Counted from the stretch's first letter, positions 37,767-48,936 are shown. The stretch: DNA of 64,000 nt from an uncultured Acidimicrobiia bacterium (GCA_963785035.1 CAWATG010000015.1:30317-94316); one strand, 5' to 3'. Made by a program: numbers and translations. The notes: generated from the letters alone by a model not told the origin.

Positions 37767-40613
37767 CTAACCGGCTGGCCCCGCCGGACCGCTATTGAGC
37801 GGACGTGTTGACGACGGACCTCGTGGGATACTCCCCTTCGCACCGGCAATGCTACCAGCAGTGGCCGTTGCCAATGATTCGGGCGGTGTCCGGTTCGTTC
37901 CGAGGGCTTTGCGTATCTCGTCGATCAGGAAGATCGAACTCGCGATGGCGGCGGCGAGTGCCCAGTCCCGGAGACGGAGCTGGATTGCGGCGTCTCGTCC
38001 GGTGAAGAACCGTTGCGCCCGGTTCGACGACATCGCGCCGGCCTGGAGCACGATGACGACCAGCGACGCAGACCACAGCCGCCAGTTGCTGATGGCATGT
38101 CGGCGAAAGCCCGAGTGGTCTGGGAAGCGGGCGTTATGCAGATTGAACAGCTGCATGAACACAAAGGTGGTGAGCGCGACGACGGTTCCCCGTGTGGCAT
38201 CGGCGTCACTGACCGGGCCCGCACCCGCGGTGAGACGGTAGGCCAGGAGCGTTCCGGCGGTCATGATCAGTCCATAGGCGCTCAGCCGAGCGAGGCGACG
38301 CATCGTGAGAATCCGGCTCTCCGGCGACCGCGGCCCATGCATCATGATTCCTGGACCCGGAGGATCGACACCCAAGGCCATTGCCGGTGGCCCGTCCATG
38401 ATGATGTTGACCCACAAGATGGCAAGCGGTGAGAACAACGCCCACCCGTCGCCGGGCCAGTCCAGCAGCGACGCTGCGAGGATCGTCAGGATGGCGCCGA
38501 TGTTGGTGGAAAGTTGGAATGTAACGAATTTCATGATGTTCGCGTAGATGGTTCGCCCGCCTTCGACGGCGGTGACGATGGTGGCGAAGTTGTCATCTGC
38601 GAGGACCATGGCGGCTGCTTCTTTGGCCACTTCGGTGCCGGTGACGCCCATGGCGACGCCGATGTCGGCGAGTTTGAGCGCCGGTGCGTCGTTGACTCCG
38701 TCGCCGGTCATCGCCACGACGTGTTCGCGTTGTTGGAGTGCGGCAACGATCGCGACCTTGTGTGCAGGCGTGACCCTGGCGAAGACGCCGATCTCCTCGA
38801 CGCGCGTCGCGAGATCACCGAGCGCCAACTCGTCGAGCTGTCGTCCCGTCATGACCTCGCCGGGGATTCCCAACTCGGCGGCGATGGCAGACGCGGTGAC
38901 GGGATGGTCACCGGTGATCATCTTCACTGCTATTCCCGCGCGCTGACACTGTTCGATGGCCTGTCGGGCTTCGGGGCGGGGCGGGTCGGCCAAACCCACG
39001 AGACCTTCGAAGATCAGATCCCGAAGGAGAGTTCGCGGGTCGCTGCACGCATCCCACTGCGCGCGTGACATTCGGCGCGACGCGCCTGCCAGAACCCGCA
39101 AACCGCTCTCGCCCATATCGTCGTTGACCTTGAGAAGCGCTCGGCGGTGGGCAACGTCCAACACCGTGGTTTGGCCTCGGTCGGCCGTTCGCTCGCACAG
39201 CGTCACTAACACATCGGGTGCGCCTTTCACCAAGACGTCAACGCTGTCGCTCGCGGGGTCGTCGTGGAAGGTCGCCATGTACTTGGCGTCCGAATCGAAC
39301 GGTACTTCGAAAAGTCGTGTCCGGCGTGCACGTTCGGCTGACACGTCAAGGCCACCCCGTGCCGCGAGTACGACCAACGCCGCCTCGGTTGGATCACCGA
39401 CCGCCTCGGCATCGTTGATCGTTGCGTCGTTGCACAGCGCGCACACTGCCAGGAAGCGATCCAAGCCGGCGGGCGCGCTGGCGTCATCGGAGTGAATGAC
39501 ACCGACCGTCGTGGACCCCTCGCTGCTTAGGGAGAACGAGCGCCCTCCGACGTAGAGGCGTCGTGCGGTCATCTGATTGATGGTCAGTGTTCCGGTCTTG
39601 TCGGTACAGATCACCGAGGTCGCGCCGAGCGTTTCGACCGAGGCGAGGCGCTTGACGATGGCACGCCGTTTGGCCAGTTCGCCGGTGCCGACGGCAAGGG
39701 TGACGGTCAGCACCGCCGGTAGCCCTTCGGGGATTGCGGCGACTGCCAGCGCCACCGCGTTGAGGGCAATGTCTTCGACAACGACGCCGCGGATCGCATT
39801 GAGCGAAACAACCAAGGCGACTGCGAAGCCCGCGACGAGCGTGAGTTGTCGGCCGAGATGAGCAATCTCGCGTTGCAGCGGCGTCGGTTGTGTCTTCGCA
39901 GCGCCGAGCATGGTCGCGAGTCGACCGATCTCGCTGTCCTTGCCGGTGCCGGTGACGATGATCTCGCCTCGGCCTCGAGTCACCGTCGTGTTCATGAACC
40001 CCATGCAGCGCCGGTCGGCCAACGCCGCGGTTTCATCCGACATCGGCACAACGTTCTTGGTCACCGGCATCGATTCTCCGGTGAAGGCCGATTCGTCGAT
40101 GTGGAGATCGGCGACGAGGAGCCATCGCCCGTCGGCGGGCACACGATCGCCGGCCTCGACGATGACCACGTCACCGGGGGCCAGGTCTTCGGCGTCGACC
40201 TCGGAGATCACGCCGTCGCGACGAACGGATGCACGCGTGACGAGCATCCGCTCCAGCGCTGCCAAACTTGATTCGGCTCGGTACTCCTGGATGAAGCCCA
40301 ACACTGCGTTGAACATGATCACAACGCCGATGACCGCGACATCTTGCACGTCACCGACGATCGCCGCGAGCGCGCCAGCAACGATCAGCACCGCCACCAA
40401 GAAGTTTCGGAACTGGTCGACGAACGTTTGCAGCCACGATCGCCTCCGGCCGTGCGGAAGCCGGTTCGGACCATGCGCAGCCAGACGACGCGCGACCTCC
40501 GATGCGGAAAGACCAGTGAACGGATCGACCGCCAGCCGAGCGGCAACCTCGTGCGCGCTGAGCCGATGCCAGCTCTCGAGGTCGCGATCTGACCTGTCGG
40601 CTCCAGCGTTCAT
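37767..40613 (-). CDS. Cation-transporting P-type ATPase (P2-like, Ca2+/Mg2+ type)
   Basis: ICTDKTGTLT, MITGDHP, MTGDGVNDAPALKLADIGVAMG, and an N-terminal cation-ATPase domain (LSASEVARRLAAHGPNRL). The ORF track extends to 40685. I prefer the internal MNAGADRSD start. Confidence 0.9.
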   Translation of the reverse strand: MNAGADRSDRDLESWHRLSAHEVAARLAVDPFTGLSASEVARRLAAHGPNRLPHGRRRSWLQTFVDQFRNFLVAVLIVAGALAAIVGDVQDVAVIGVVIMFNAVLGFIQEYRAESSLAALERMLVTRASVRRDGVISEVDAEDLAPGDVVIVEAGDRVPADGRWLLVADLHIDESAFTGESMPVTKNVVPMSDETAALADRRCMGFMNTTVTRGRGEIIVTGTGKDSEIGRLATMLGAAKTQPTPLQREIAHLGRQLTLVAGFAVALVVSLNAIRGVVVEDIALNAVALAVAAIPEGLPAVLTVTLAVGTGELAKRRAIVKRLASVETLGATSVICTDKTGTLTINQMTARRLYVGGRSFSLSSEGSTTVGVIHSDDASAPAGLDRFLAVCALCNDATINDAEAVGDPTEAALVVLAARGGLDVSAERARRTRLFEVPFDSDAKYMATFHDDPASDSVDVLVKGAPDVLVTLCERTADRGQTTVLDVAHRRALLKVNDDMGESGLRVLAGASRRMSRAQWDACSDPRTLLRDLIFEGLVGLADPPRPEARQAIEQCQRAGIAVKMITGDHPVTASAIAAELGIPGEVMTGRQLDELALGDLATRVEEIGVFARVTPAHKVAIVAALQQREHVVAMTGDGVNDAPALKLADIGVAMGVTGTEVAKEAAAMVLADDNFATIVTAVEGGRTIYANIMKFVTFQLSTNIGAILTILAASLLDWPGDGWALFSPLAILWVNIIMDGPPAMALGVDPPGPGIMMHGPRSPESRILTMRRLARLSAYGLIMTAGTLLAYRLTAGAGPVSDADATRGTVVALTTFVFMQLFNLHNARFPDHSGFRRHAISNWRLWSASLVVIVLQAGAMSSNRAQRFFTGRDAAIQLRLRDWALAAAIASSIFLIDEIRKALGTNRTPPESLATATAGSIAGAKGSIPRGPSSTRPLNSGPAGPAG

Positions 40614-40823
40614 CTTCCCAAGTCTCGTCGGTTGGCGGGTACTCCATGCATCGGCCGGACTCTCGCGTGAACGGGGCGTGAACACCCACCGATGCCCAAT
40701 TCGGCGTTCATTTGCCGCCGGGAGTACCGCATAGCCTCAAAAGAGCGGGTCGAGCTGCCGATGCCCAGGGTGTGGCCGGAGAGCGCGGCCGCTCGAGCAA
40801 CACCGACGACAGAGGGTGAATAC

Positions 40824-42251
40824 ATGGAACGAGCCGAACGCGGCGTCAAGATCGTCGCGACTGTCGGACCGGCGATTTCATCACCTGCCGTCATGCGCGA
40901 CATGATCGCCGCGGGCGTCGATGTCTTTCGTGTCAATCTTGCGCACGGAACGCATCGACAGCACGAGGAGCACATTGCCCTCGCGCGCGATGCCGCGGCA
41001 TCGGCGGACCGCGAGGTCGCGGTCCTGGCGGACCTGGCCGGCCCGAAGATTCGCCTCGGCGAGTTCCGCGACGGCGGTGCTGACCTCGATGTCGGTTCGA
41101 AGTTCGTCATCACCACGACTGAGTGTGTCGGCGACGAGACGCAGGCATCGTCCACCTATGACGGGCTCGTCAATGACGTGAAGTCCGGCGATGTGATTCT
41201 TGTCGATGACGGACGAATCAGACTCCAAGTACAAGAGGTCGCCGCCGAGACGGTGACGACAGTTGTGCGTGGTGGCGGGCGGATCTCCGATCACAAGGGC
41301 ATGAATCTTCCAGGTGTACAGGTCAGCGCGCCGGCCCTTGGCACGCAGGACATCACCGACCTTCGCCGTTCGCTCGATGCAGGAGTGGACCTCGTCGCTC
41401 TGTCGTTCGTGCGTACCTCCGAGGACGCGGATCGAGTGCGTGAGGTGATGCAAGATCACGGTCGGTTCGTTCCGGTATTCGCGAAGTTGGAGAAGCCCGA
41501 AGCAGTCGCATCACTCGAAGCGATTGTCGCAGCGTTCGATGGTTTGATGGTCGCGCGTGGTGATCTCGGCGTCGAGATGGCGCTCGAAGATGTGCCACTC
41601 GTCCAGAAGCGTGCGATCGAGTGCGCCCGCAGCAAAGCACGTTCGGTGATCGTCGCAACGCAGATGCTCGAGTCGATGATCGAAAATCCGGAGCCGACGC
41701 GAGCCGAGGTTTCGGATGTGGCCAACGCCGTTCTCGACGGAGCTGACGCCGTGATGCTCTCGGGGGAGACGAGCGTCGGACGCAATCCGGTTGCGGCGGT
41801 CGCGATGATGGATCGCGTGATCCGTGCCATCGAACGCGGTGGTCCGCAACGCGCACGGTCGACGCCGATCCCCGGCAAGCCTGATGAGGCCGTGGCGCAC
41901 GCGGCCGTCGACGTCGCTTACGCAGTCAACGCGTCGGCGATCGTCGCGTTCACGAGCACCGGGCGCACGGCCCGCCTTGTTGCCTCGCATCGACCGGGTG
42001 TGCCGCTTTTGGCATGCGCGACACGTCTGGACGTTGCACGCCAGCTCATGGTTACCTGGGGTGTGCGCGCGATACATGTTTGGGAACCCCGCACCTCTGA
42101 CGACATGGTCGAACTTGTCAACGCCGAACTCGTCGCGAGCCGTGCCGTCGCCGTCGGATCGACCGTGGTGCTCGTTGGAGGTATGCCTCCCGGGATCGTG
42201 GGCGGAACCAACACGTTGCGCGTACATCGGGTCGGCGATCGGGCTCACTGA
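40824..42251 (+). CDS. pyk: Pyruvate kinase
   Basis: Internal start MERAERGVKIVATVGPA...DVFRVNLAHG...MVARGDLGVE...ATQMLESM...DAVMLSGETS. Confidence 0.93.
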   Translation: MERAERGVKIVATVGPAISSPAVMRDMIAAGVDVFRVNLAHGTHRQHEEHIALARDAAASADREVAVLADLAGPKIRLGEFRDGGADLDVGSKFVITTTECVGDETQASSTYDGLVNDVKSGDVILVDDGRIRLQVQEVAAETVTTVVRGGGRISDHKGMNLPGVQVSAPALGTQDITDLRRSLDAGVDLVALSFVRTSEDADRVREVMQDHGRFVPVFAKLEKPEAVASLEAIVAAFDGLMVARGDLGVEMALEDVPLVQKRAIECARSKARSVIVATQMLESMIENPEPTRAEVSDVANAVLDGADAVMLSGETSVGRNPVAAVAMMDRVIRAIERGGPQRARSTPIPGKPDEAVAHAAVDVAYAVNASAIVAFTSTGRTARLVASHRPGVPLLACATRLDVARQLMVTWGVRAIHVWEPRTSDDMVELVNAELVASRAVAVGSTVVLVGGMPPGIVGGTNTLRVHRVGDRAH

Positions 42252-42257
42252 ACCGTT

Positions 42258-43712
42258 GTGTCAGTCGATCCTTCGATGTCGTCACATGGCCCCGAGTACG
42301 ACGCCGTCGTCGTCGGCTCCGGCCCCAACGGACTCGCGGCTGCACTCACACTGGCGCGTGCCGGGCGTTCCGTCGTCGTGCTCGAGGCGGCAGCAGAAAT
42401 CGGTGGTGGCACACGTTCGGCTGAACTGACACTGCCTGGCTTCGTGCACGACGTGTGCTCAGCGGTGCATCCACTCGCTGCGGGTTCACCGTTTCTCTCC
42501 ACCCTCGGTCTCGACGACTACGGGCTGGAGTGGCTTCATCCGGAGATCCCGCTCGCACATCCACTCGACGGGGGTCGTGCGGGCGTGGTCGAACGTGATG
42601 CGCGGAGCACCGCGTCCGGGCTCGGTGTCGACGAACGGGCGTGGCAACGTTGGATCGCGCCGCTCGCAGAACGGTGGGATCGCCTCGCCCCGGCGCTCTT
42701 GGCGCCGCTGACGCGGCCACCGCAGCACCCGCTCGTGCTTGCTCGGTTCGGAGCTCCCGCGCTCGTTCCTGCCAGGACCTTTGCCGGCCGCGTATTCCAG
42801 ACCGACGAGGCGCGAGCCCTATTCGCCGGCTGTGCTGCGCACGCGTTCCTGCCGTTGGAGAAGATGCTCACCACCTCCTTCGGGCTCGTCCTGCTCGCCG
42901 CCGCGCATGCGGTCGGCTGGCCGGTCGCTCGTGGCGGCTCGCAATCCATCGCCGATGCGATGGCAGCGCAGTTACGCGAACTCGGTGGCCAAATCATTAC
43001 GGCCCGACCGGTCGTGTCCCTCGAGGACCTGCCGGCGAGTCGCGCTGTCATTTTCGATCTCGCGCCCCGCCAGATGAGCAGGATCGCGGGCGATGCCTTG
43101 CCGTCGCGGTACAGGAGGCGATTGGAAGACTTTCGCCACGGTCCCGCGGCATTCAAGGTCGACTACGCGCTCGACGGGCCCGTACCGTGGGCGCACCCTG
43201 CGGTTGGACGCGCCGGAACCGTGCATCTCGGCGGTACCGTTGATGACATCGCTGCGGCCGCGACCGAGGTTGCGCTCGGCCGACATTCCGAACGGCCCTA
43301 TGTACTCGTCGCGCAGCAGTCGGTGGTCGATCCGAGTCGCGCGCCTGCGGGCAAGCACACGCTTTGGGCGTATTGCCATGTGCCGAATGGCTCGACGCTC
43401 GACATGACCGTCGCGATCGAGCAGCAGATCGAGCGCTTCGCACCCGGCTTCGGTGACCTGATTCTCGCTCGCCATAGTGCGGGCCCCGCTTGGCTCGAAG
43501 GGCACGACGCCGCGTTCATTGGCGGCGACATCGCGGGTGGCTCTCACGGCGGAGCTCAGCTGGTGTTTCGGCCCCTCCCTACGCTGCGCCCCTACCGAAC
43601 ACCCAACCCGCGGCTGTTTCTCGGGTCGGCATCGACACCGCCAGGCGCGGGTGTGCATGGAATGTGCGGCTTTCACGCGGCGACTGCGGCGTTGCGAACG
43701 GTCCTGCGGTGA
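42258..43712 (+). CDS. Phytoene-desaturase-family (CrtI-like) NAD(P)/FAD-dependent oxidoreductase
   Basis: YDAVVVGSGPNGLAAALTLARAGRSVVVLEAAAEIGGG..., 484 aa. The C-terminus has GSASTPPGAGVHG. Confidence 0.8.
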   Translation: MSVDPSMSSHGPEYDAVVVGSGPNGLAAALTLARAGRSVVVLEAAAEIGGGTRSAELTLPGFVHDVCSAVHPLAAGSPFLSTLGLDDYGLEWLHPEIPLAHPLDGGRAGVVERDARSTASGLGVDERAWQRWIAPLAERWDRLAPALLAPLTRPPQHPLVLARFGAPALVPARTFAGRVFQTDEARALFAGCAAHAFLPLEKMLTTSFGLVLLAAAHAVGWPVARGGSQSIADAMAAQLRELGGQIITARPVVSLEDLPASRAVIFDLAPRQMSRIAGDALPSRYRRRLEDFRHGPAAFKVDYALDGPVPWAHPAVGRAGTVHLGGTVDDIAAAATEVALGRHSERPYVLVAQQSVVDPSRAPAGKHTLWAYCHVPNGSTLDMTVAIEQQIERFAPGFGDLILARHSAGPAWLEGHDAAFIGGDIAGGSHGGAQLVFRPLPTLRPYRTPNPRLFLGSASTPPGAGVHGMCGFHAATAALRTVLR

Positions 43713-43718
43713 TCGGCA

Positions 43719-44345
43719 CTAACTCGGGATTGGCTCCCCGAAGGCCACCGATTTCGGTGTCATGAGCGCGTGCACGAAACCGGCGATCGACAACAATGCC
43801 AAGAGAGCGGCGACGATGGACAAGACGACAGCAACCTGGTCCGCTTTCGTGCCGAAAGAACTGAACCCGTAGGAAGTCAATAGGACGCCACGGAGAGTCT
43901 CGCCCTTGAAGAGGGTCTCGCGAGCGGCAGTGATGTCGGCGAGTTGTTTCTGGAGCGTTGGCAATTCAGCTGCATCGCTTTGCTGGGCCTCGGTGACCTT
44001 CTTGCGCAATTCGGCTTGCGGATCGCCCAGCTCGGCGTAGGTCATGCCGTCCGCACCGGGGATCGCCTTGACATGCAGGCCGATGAATTCGTTGGCGTAG
44101 CACTCGGCCTGCTTGCCGGTCTTGAGGAGTTGGCCGGCGTACTTGACGACACAATCGGAGCGGCGCTCCTCGGGCGTGAGTGTGTCCGCCTCCTTGAACA
44201 GGATCTTCTGTTGACTCAACTGATCCGTCACGTAGCCGTTCGCAAAGTCGGCATTGCTGTGTAGCACGAAGACCACGATCACGAGGAGGACCGTTAGGCC
44301 CAGTCCACCCGCGCTGAAGAGGAGGTCAAGCGTCTTGCGTTGCAT
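43719..44345 (-). CDS. Hypothetical two-TM membrane protein
   Basis: Internal start MQRKTLDLLFSAGGLGLTVLLVIVVFV..., plus a C-terminal TM segment (VAVVLSIVAALLALLSIAGFV). I recognise no family. Confidence 0.55.
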   Translation of the reverse strand: MQRKTLDLLFSAGGLGLTVLLVIVVFVLHSNADFANGYVTDQLSQQKILFKEADTLTPEERRSDCVVKYAGQLLKTGKQAECYANEFIGLHVKAIPGADGMTYAELGDPQAELRKKVTEAQQSDAAELPTLQKQLADITAARETLFKGETLRGVLLTSYGFSSFGTKADQVAVVLSIVAALLALLSIAGFVHALMTPKSVAFGEPIPS

Positions 44346-44498
44346 CCGGTAGCTCCCTCGACGAATCCGTATCCGATCCAGCCGCATTTGCGGCGGAGTG
44401 CCAGCCTCCCGCAATTTCCGGATTCTGCCAAGTGCCGAAGGTCCCGGGTCCGCTGGAAACGGCCGCTGGTGACGCTTGGTTCGTTCGCTCTGCTTGGT

Positions 44499-45047
44499 TC
44501 ACACGCAAAGCCACTCGCCACTGCTGTTCGAGATCCCACGGCTGCAGATTCGTTGTTCCTCGACTTTGGTTATCCGCCACGTGTCCGATTCATCGCGTTC
44601 GTAGGTGAAGATGAGGTCGTAGCCGACCGTTGTGTCGTCGCCGCTCGCCTCCCGGTTTCGGATTTCGAACACTGCCGCAACGACCGAGCCCAACGGACGA
44701 CCTTTGCGCTCGACGCCTATGTCGCCGGCACCCCTCAGGTCTGCGGAGAATCCGTCGGCTTCGAAGTTCGATTGCAGTTGCTTGATTGTTTCGACCGACA
44801 GGGTCAACGGGTCCTCAGCGGTGAACGGGGTTGGGAAGCGTGCGGTGATGGTCGAGGTGATGTCGTTCATTGGTAATCGGCCTGGTGGGGCGGCGATTGT
44901 CGGCACGCCGGCGGGCGAGGTCGTGGAGGTCTGGCGTGGTTTCCGCGTCGACGTGGTCGTGACCGCCTTGTTATCGGTGTCATCTCCGCAGCCGTTGAGG
45001 AGTGCAGCACCGACCAAGGCCACGGCGACGACGCCCGCAACAGTCAT
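44499..45047 (-). CDS. Hypothetical lipoprotein
   Basis: MTVAGVVAVALVGAALLNGCGDD has a signal peptide and a lipobox Cys, followed by a Thr/Ser-rich linker. I recognise no family. Confidence 0.55.
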   Translation of the reverse strand: MTVAGVVAVALVGAALLNGCGDDTDNKAVTTTSTRKPRQTSTTSPAGVPTIAAPPGRLPMNDITSTITARFPTPFTAEDPLTLSVETIKQLQSNFEADGFSADLRGAGDIGVERKGRPLGSVVAAVFEIRNREASGDDTTVGYDLIFTYERDESDTWRITKVEEQRICSRGISNSSGEWLCV

Positions 45048-45316
45048 GGGGTGGCGGCGCGACCGCGATGTTCCGTTGTCGGTATTCGATTTCGGGGCGT
45101 TCGTCACTCGCGCACCTCCGCCGGCCATGGTCGCGCGGCGGCCCGACGGGCCAAAAGAGTCGAAGGGCCTTCTTCCCAGCCGGCGCCATCGCCTCGAGGC
45201 GGCGAGGTCGACCCCTGCGTTGAGGAGGACATCAAACGTTCGTAATGGCTTTCACTATCGATGAGTACCATCAGCGCGTTGACGTTGCCGTGCCATGCTT
45301 CCGAAACGAGCGAATG

Positions 45317-46268
45317 ATGGCCTGGAGTACTTCGAACATCGCGGATTTGTCCGGACGGGTCGCCGTCGTCACGGGGGCGAACAGCGGTCTCGGGCTGGAG
45401 ACATGCCGGGAACTGGCTCGTGCTGGTGCGCATGTCGTCATGGCGGCCCGCAATGCATCCAAGGCCGCGACGGCAGAGTCCGACATCTGCGCAAGCGTTG
45501 CGAATGCGTCGATCGAGGTACGCAGTCTTGATCTCGCATCCCTGGCATCGGTACAGGCGTTTGCCGAGGGTCTTGTGGCTGACCACAAGCGGATTGACAT
45601 CCTGATCAACAACGCCGGTGTGATGGCAATACCTGAACAGCAAACCGTCGATGGTTTCGAGATGCAGTTCGGGGTCAACCATCTCGGCCATTTCGCGGTC
45701 GACGGCGCACCTGCTGCCTGCGGTGCTTCGAGCTGATGCGGCGCGCGTTGTCAGCGTTTCGAGCACGATGCGCCACCTCGGCCGGGCCGTAGATCCGGAC
45801 AACCCTCACCTGCACGGGAAGTACGGTCCCTGGAAGGCGTACGGTCAGTCGAAGTTGGCGAACCTGCATTTTGCCGTCGGTCTTCACCAGCGTTTCGCTT
45901 CGTCGGGGACCAATGCGCGTTCGCTCGTGGCTCACCCAGGCTTCTCCAACACGAATCTCCAGGCCGCGACAGTCGCGGCGTCGCCGGGCGCATTGACGGC
46001 TCGGATGGCACACGCGGCGACGGAGGTGTTTGCCATGTCGCCTGCAAGGGGAGCGCTGTCGCAGTTGCGTGCAGCGACTGACCCAGACGCGCTCGGCGGC
46101 GAGTTGTACGCACCACGTTTCGTCAACAACGGACCACCTGTTCGTCGCCCGTTGTTCGGTCGGTCGCACAGCCGTCGTTGCATCGACGAATTGTGGGGTG
46201 TGTCGGAGCGAGAGACCGGTCTGGTCTTTGATGTCGAAGCGACACTGCAGACTCTTCGCGATGCTTAG
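45317..46268 (+). pseudogene. Short-chain dehydrogenase/reductase (SDR), one frameshift
   Basis: VAVVTGANSGLGLETCRELARAGAHVVMAARN...NNAGVM...VNHLGHF (ORF 45245-45736) continues as LLPAVLRADAARVVSVSS...YGQSKLANL (ORF 45651-46268). The frame change is near 45690. Confidence 0.75.
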
Positions 46269-46443
46269 TGCCGCAGCACGTGCCCACTTATGGACCGGTG
46301 ACCTTATGGGGTGACGTCGATCACGCGGGAGGGTGTAGCTGGCTGCGGTTGTCCTTTTTCATGTCCGGGTTCGTTGTAGGGATGCCGACAGTTCATGCCG
46401 GCTCTCGTTCGACTACAACGTTGCCGTTCTCAGGAGGAATGAC

Positions 46444-46794
46444 ATGGCGCAGTATCTACTTTCGGTATGGCACGACGAGGAATACGAAGTGGACTTCAGC
46501 AGCGATGACGCGCAGCGGCTTGGCGCACAGGTCGGCCAGTTCAACGCCGACCTCGAACAGGCCGGAGCCTGGGTTTTTGCTGGTGGGCTACAGCCCGCGA
46601 GCTCAGCGACGGTGGTCCGTAGCGCCGCCGGACAGGTCTCGATGACCGACGGCCCGTACGCCGAGTCGAAGGAGCAGATGGGCGGATTCTGGGTCATCGA
46701 AGCCGCCGACATGGACGCCGCACTCGATTGGGCCCGTCGAGGCGCCTCCGCATGCGAAGGACCGGTCGAGGTCCGACCCTTCCAGTGTGAATGA
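46444..46794 (+). CDS. YciI-family protein
   Basis: MAQYLLSVWHDEE...TDGPYAESKEQMGGFWVIEAADMDAALDWA. Confidence 0.85.
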   Translation: MAQYLLSVWHDEEYEVDFSSDDAQRLGAQVGQFNADLEQAGAWVFAGGLQPASSATVVRSAAGQVSMTDGPYAESKEQMGGFWVIEAADMDAALDWARRGASACEGPVEVRPFQCE

Positions 46795-48119
46795 TCAGAT
46801 CGAGCAGATCTTCCGGCGTGAAGTCGGCCGCTGCACTGCGACACTGATCCGCGTCCTCGGCGACATCGACCTCGCCGAGGACGCGGTCGCCGAAGCGTTC
46901 TTGATTGCGGCCGAACGTTGGCCCAGTGAAGGCGTCCCACCCAATCCGGGTGGCTGGATCACCACCACCGCCCGCAACCGCGCCGTCGATCGGCTCCGCC
47001 GCGAGGCGAAACGTCCCGACCGGCATCTCGCCGCTGCCCGCCTCGACCAAAGCAAGAATTCGATGACCAACGACCCCGATCTCGCCGATCTCGACGCGCT
47101 CGCCGCCGTGGTGCCCGACGATCAGCTTCGTTTGCTGTTTCTGTGTTGTCATCCTGCGCTGAGCCCGGACGCGCAAACGGCGTTGACGCTACGGCTCCTC
47201 GGTGGTCTCACAGTTGCGGAGATCGCCCGGTCGTTCCTGGTGACCGAGGCGACGATGACCAAACGGATCGCGGTGGGCCAAAAGCAAGCTGCGGGACAAC
47301 CACGCCAGCTACCGGATCCCCGCAGCACGTGAGCTGCCGGACCGACTTCATGCAGCCCTTACAGCGATCTATCTCATCTTCACCGAAGGCCACACGGCCA
47401 CCAGCGGGCCCGAACCTGTTCGGACAGATCTCACTCAGGAGGCCCTGAGACTGACACGCGTTCTCGCGGCCTTGATGCCCGACGAACCCGAAGTCATCGG
47501 ACTTCTGGCCCTGATACTGCTGACCGAATCCCGGCTACCAGCTCGAACCGGACCCGACGAGACCCTGATCCGCCTCTCCGAACAAGATCGAAGCCTCTGG
47601 GACCGCAAGCTCATCGGCGAAGGTCACCAACTCGTTCGGGCCTGCCTCCGACGCAACCAGCCCGGTCCTTTCCAGATCCAGGCAGCCATCGCAGCCGTCC
47701 ACGCCGACGGAGCCAACGCAGCGGCAACTGATTGGTCGCAGGTCGTCGCCCTCTACGACCAGCTCCACACACTGCGCCCGACACCGGTTGTCGCGTTGAA
47801 CAGGGCGATCGCAGTCGCCGAACGAGACGGCCCTGTTGCGGCCCTTCTCACCGTGGAAAGCCTGCGTGAGGCGCTGGCCGACTATCAACCCTTCCACGCC
47901 GCTATCGCTGACCTCTATCAACGAGCCGGCCACCACGCCGAAGCGATGAAGAACTACGACCAGGCAATCCGACTGACGGCGAACCACGCTGAACGAGACT
48001 TTCTCGCCTCGCAGCGCTCGATCGCCGAGGCGGCGGTACTCGACACGACAACGAGTGAGGCCGGCGAATCTGGCGCCGAACTCAGGGCGGGACTTGGTAC
48101 TCGGCGAGATCGGCGCTGA
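46787..48119 (+). pseudogene. ECF-type sigma-70 factor with a long C-terminal (DUF6596/TPR-like) extension, one frameshift
   Basis: Region 2: DLAEDAVAEAFLIAAERWP...GWITTTARNRAVDRLRRE. Region 4: LTVAEIARSFLVTEATMTKRI. The frame then changes near 47270 to AKSKLRDNHASYRIPAARELPDRLHAALTAIYLIFTEGH... and continues to 48119. Confidence 0.7.
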
Positions 48120-48199
48120 ACGCGAAATAGCTTTCGTGGGCTGTCGCACGAGCGGTCAGCGGTTCGTCGCCCATTGTTCGGTCGGTTACGCGACCAGCG

Positions 48200-48817
48200 C
48201 TATGGGGCTACGGCGACGCCGAGGGAGTAGGCGCCCAGGGTTTTGGGCGTGCCCTTTTCGTAGAAGACATCCACCTCACGGATGGTGAAGCCCGCATCGG
48301 TGAGCAGATCGACGATCGGGCGGGTCAGGTGACATCCGCCGAGAAGACGCTTTTGCATTGGTTCCATGCGGTGCTGCCACTTGCGCACTGCCTCGTCGGG
48401 GGCCAGTCCGTGCTCGACGAAATGCAGCGTGCCCCCGGACTTGAGCACTCGTCGCACCTCGCTCAGCGCCGTGGCGACGTCGGGGATGGTGCAGAGTGTC
48501 CACGTCGACACGGCGGTGTCGCAGCTGTCGTCTGCAAGTGGAAGCGATTGACCGTCCAACCCGGACCGCTGCACCGGGACGCGCGTCGTTGCGAGGCGCT
48601 TGCCTGCGAGTTTCCATCCGATGTCGGCAGGCTCGATGGCTGCGACGTTGCTGATGGTGTCCGGATAGAAGGGGATGTTGAGCCCGGAGCCGAAACCGAT
48701 CTCGACGACCTTCCCATGGAGGCCCTCGCACACGCGTTTGCGCAGTGGATCCGCAACCTTCATGCCACAAGCGACGTTGATCACCCGCGGGACGACTTGA
48801 TCGGCGTAGAACCCCAT
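48200..48817 (-). CDS. Class I SAM-dependent methyltransferase
   Basis: KVVEIGFGSGLNIPFY...DTAVSTWTLCTIPD...LKSGGTLHFVEHG. Confidence 0.8.
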   Translation of the reverse strand: MGFYADQVVPRVINVACGMKVADPLRKRVCEGLHGKVVEIGFGSGLNIPFYPDTISNVAAIEPADIGWKLAGKRLATTRVPVQRSGLDGQSLPLADDSCDTAVSTWTLCTIPDVATALSEVRRVLKSGGTLHFVEHGLAPDEAVRKWQHRMEPMQKRLLGGCHLTRPIVDLLTDAGFTIREVDVFYEKGTPKTLGAYSLGVAVAP

Positions 48818-48936
48818 AGTGACCCCTTGGTCGCTCGGAGCATAAGACTGCAGCGAAGTCTACCAACGCGACCTCTTGCGCGGACGGGTTGGGCTGCCGC
48901 GAGCCAATGGGGAGCGAAGCCGGGCACACTCATGTG

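Noticed and set aside
40685-40745. A one-nucleotide disagreement between my hand count of the printed sequence (an A-run near 40738-40742 and the ATPase/ORF starts near 40.6-40.7 kb) and the ORF-track coordinates.
   Set aside because: Most likely my own miscounting of a homopolymer. I deferred to the ORF track for all coordinates here and base no claim on it.
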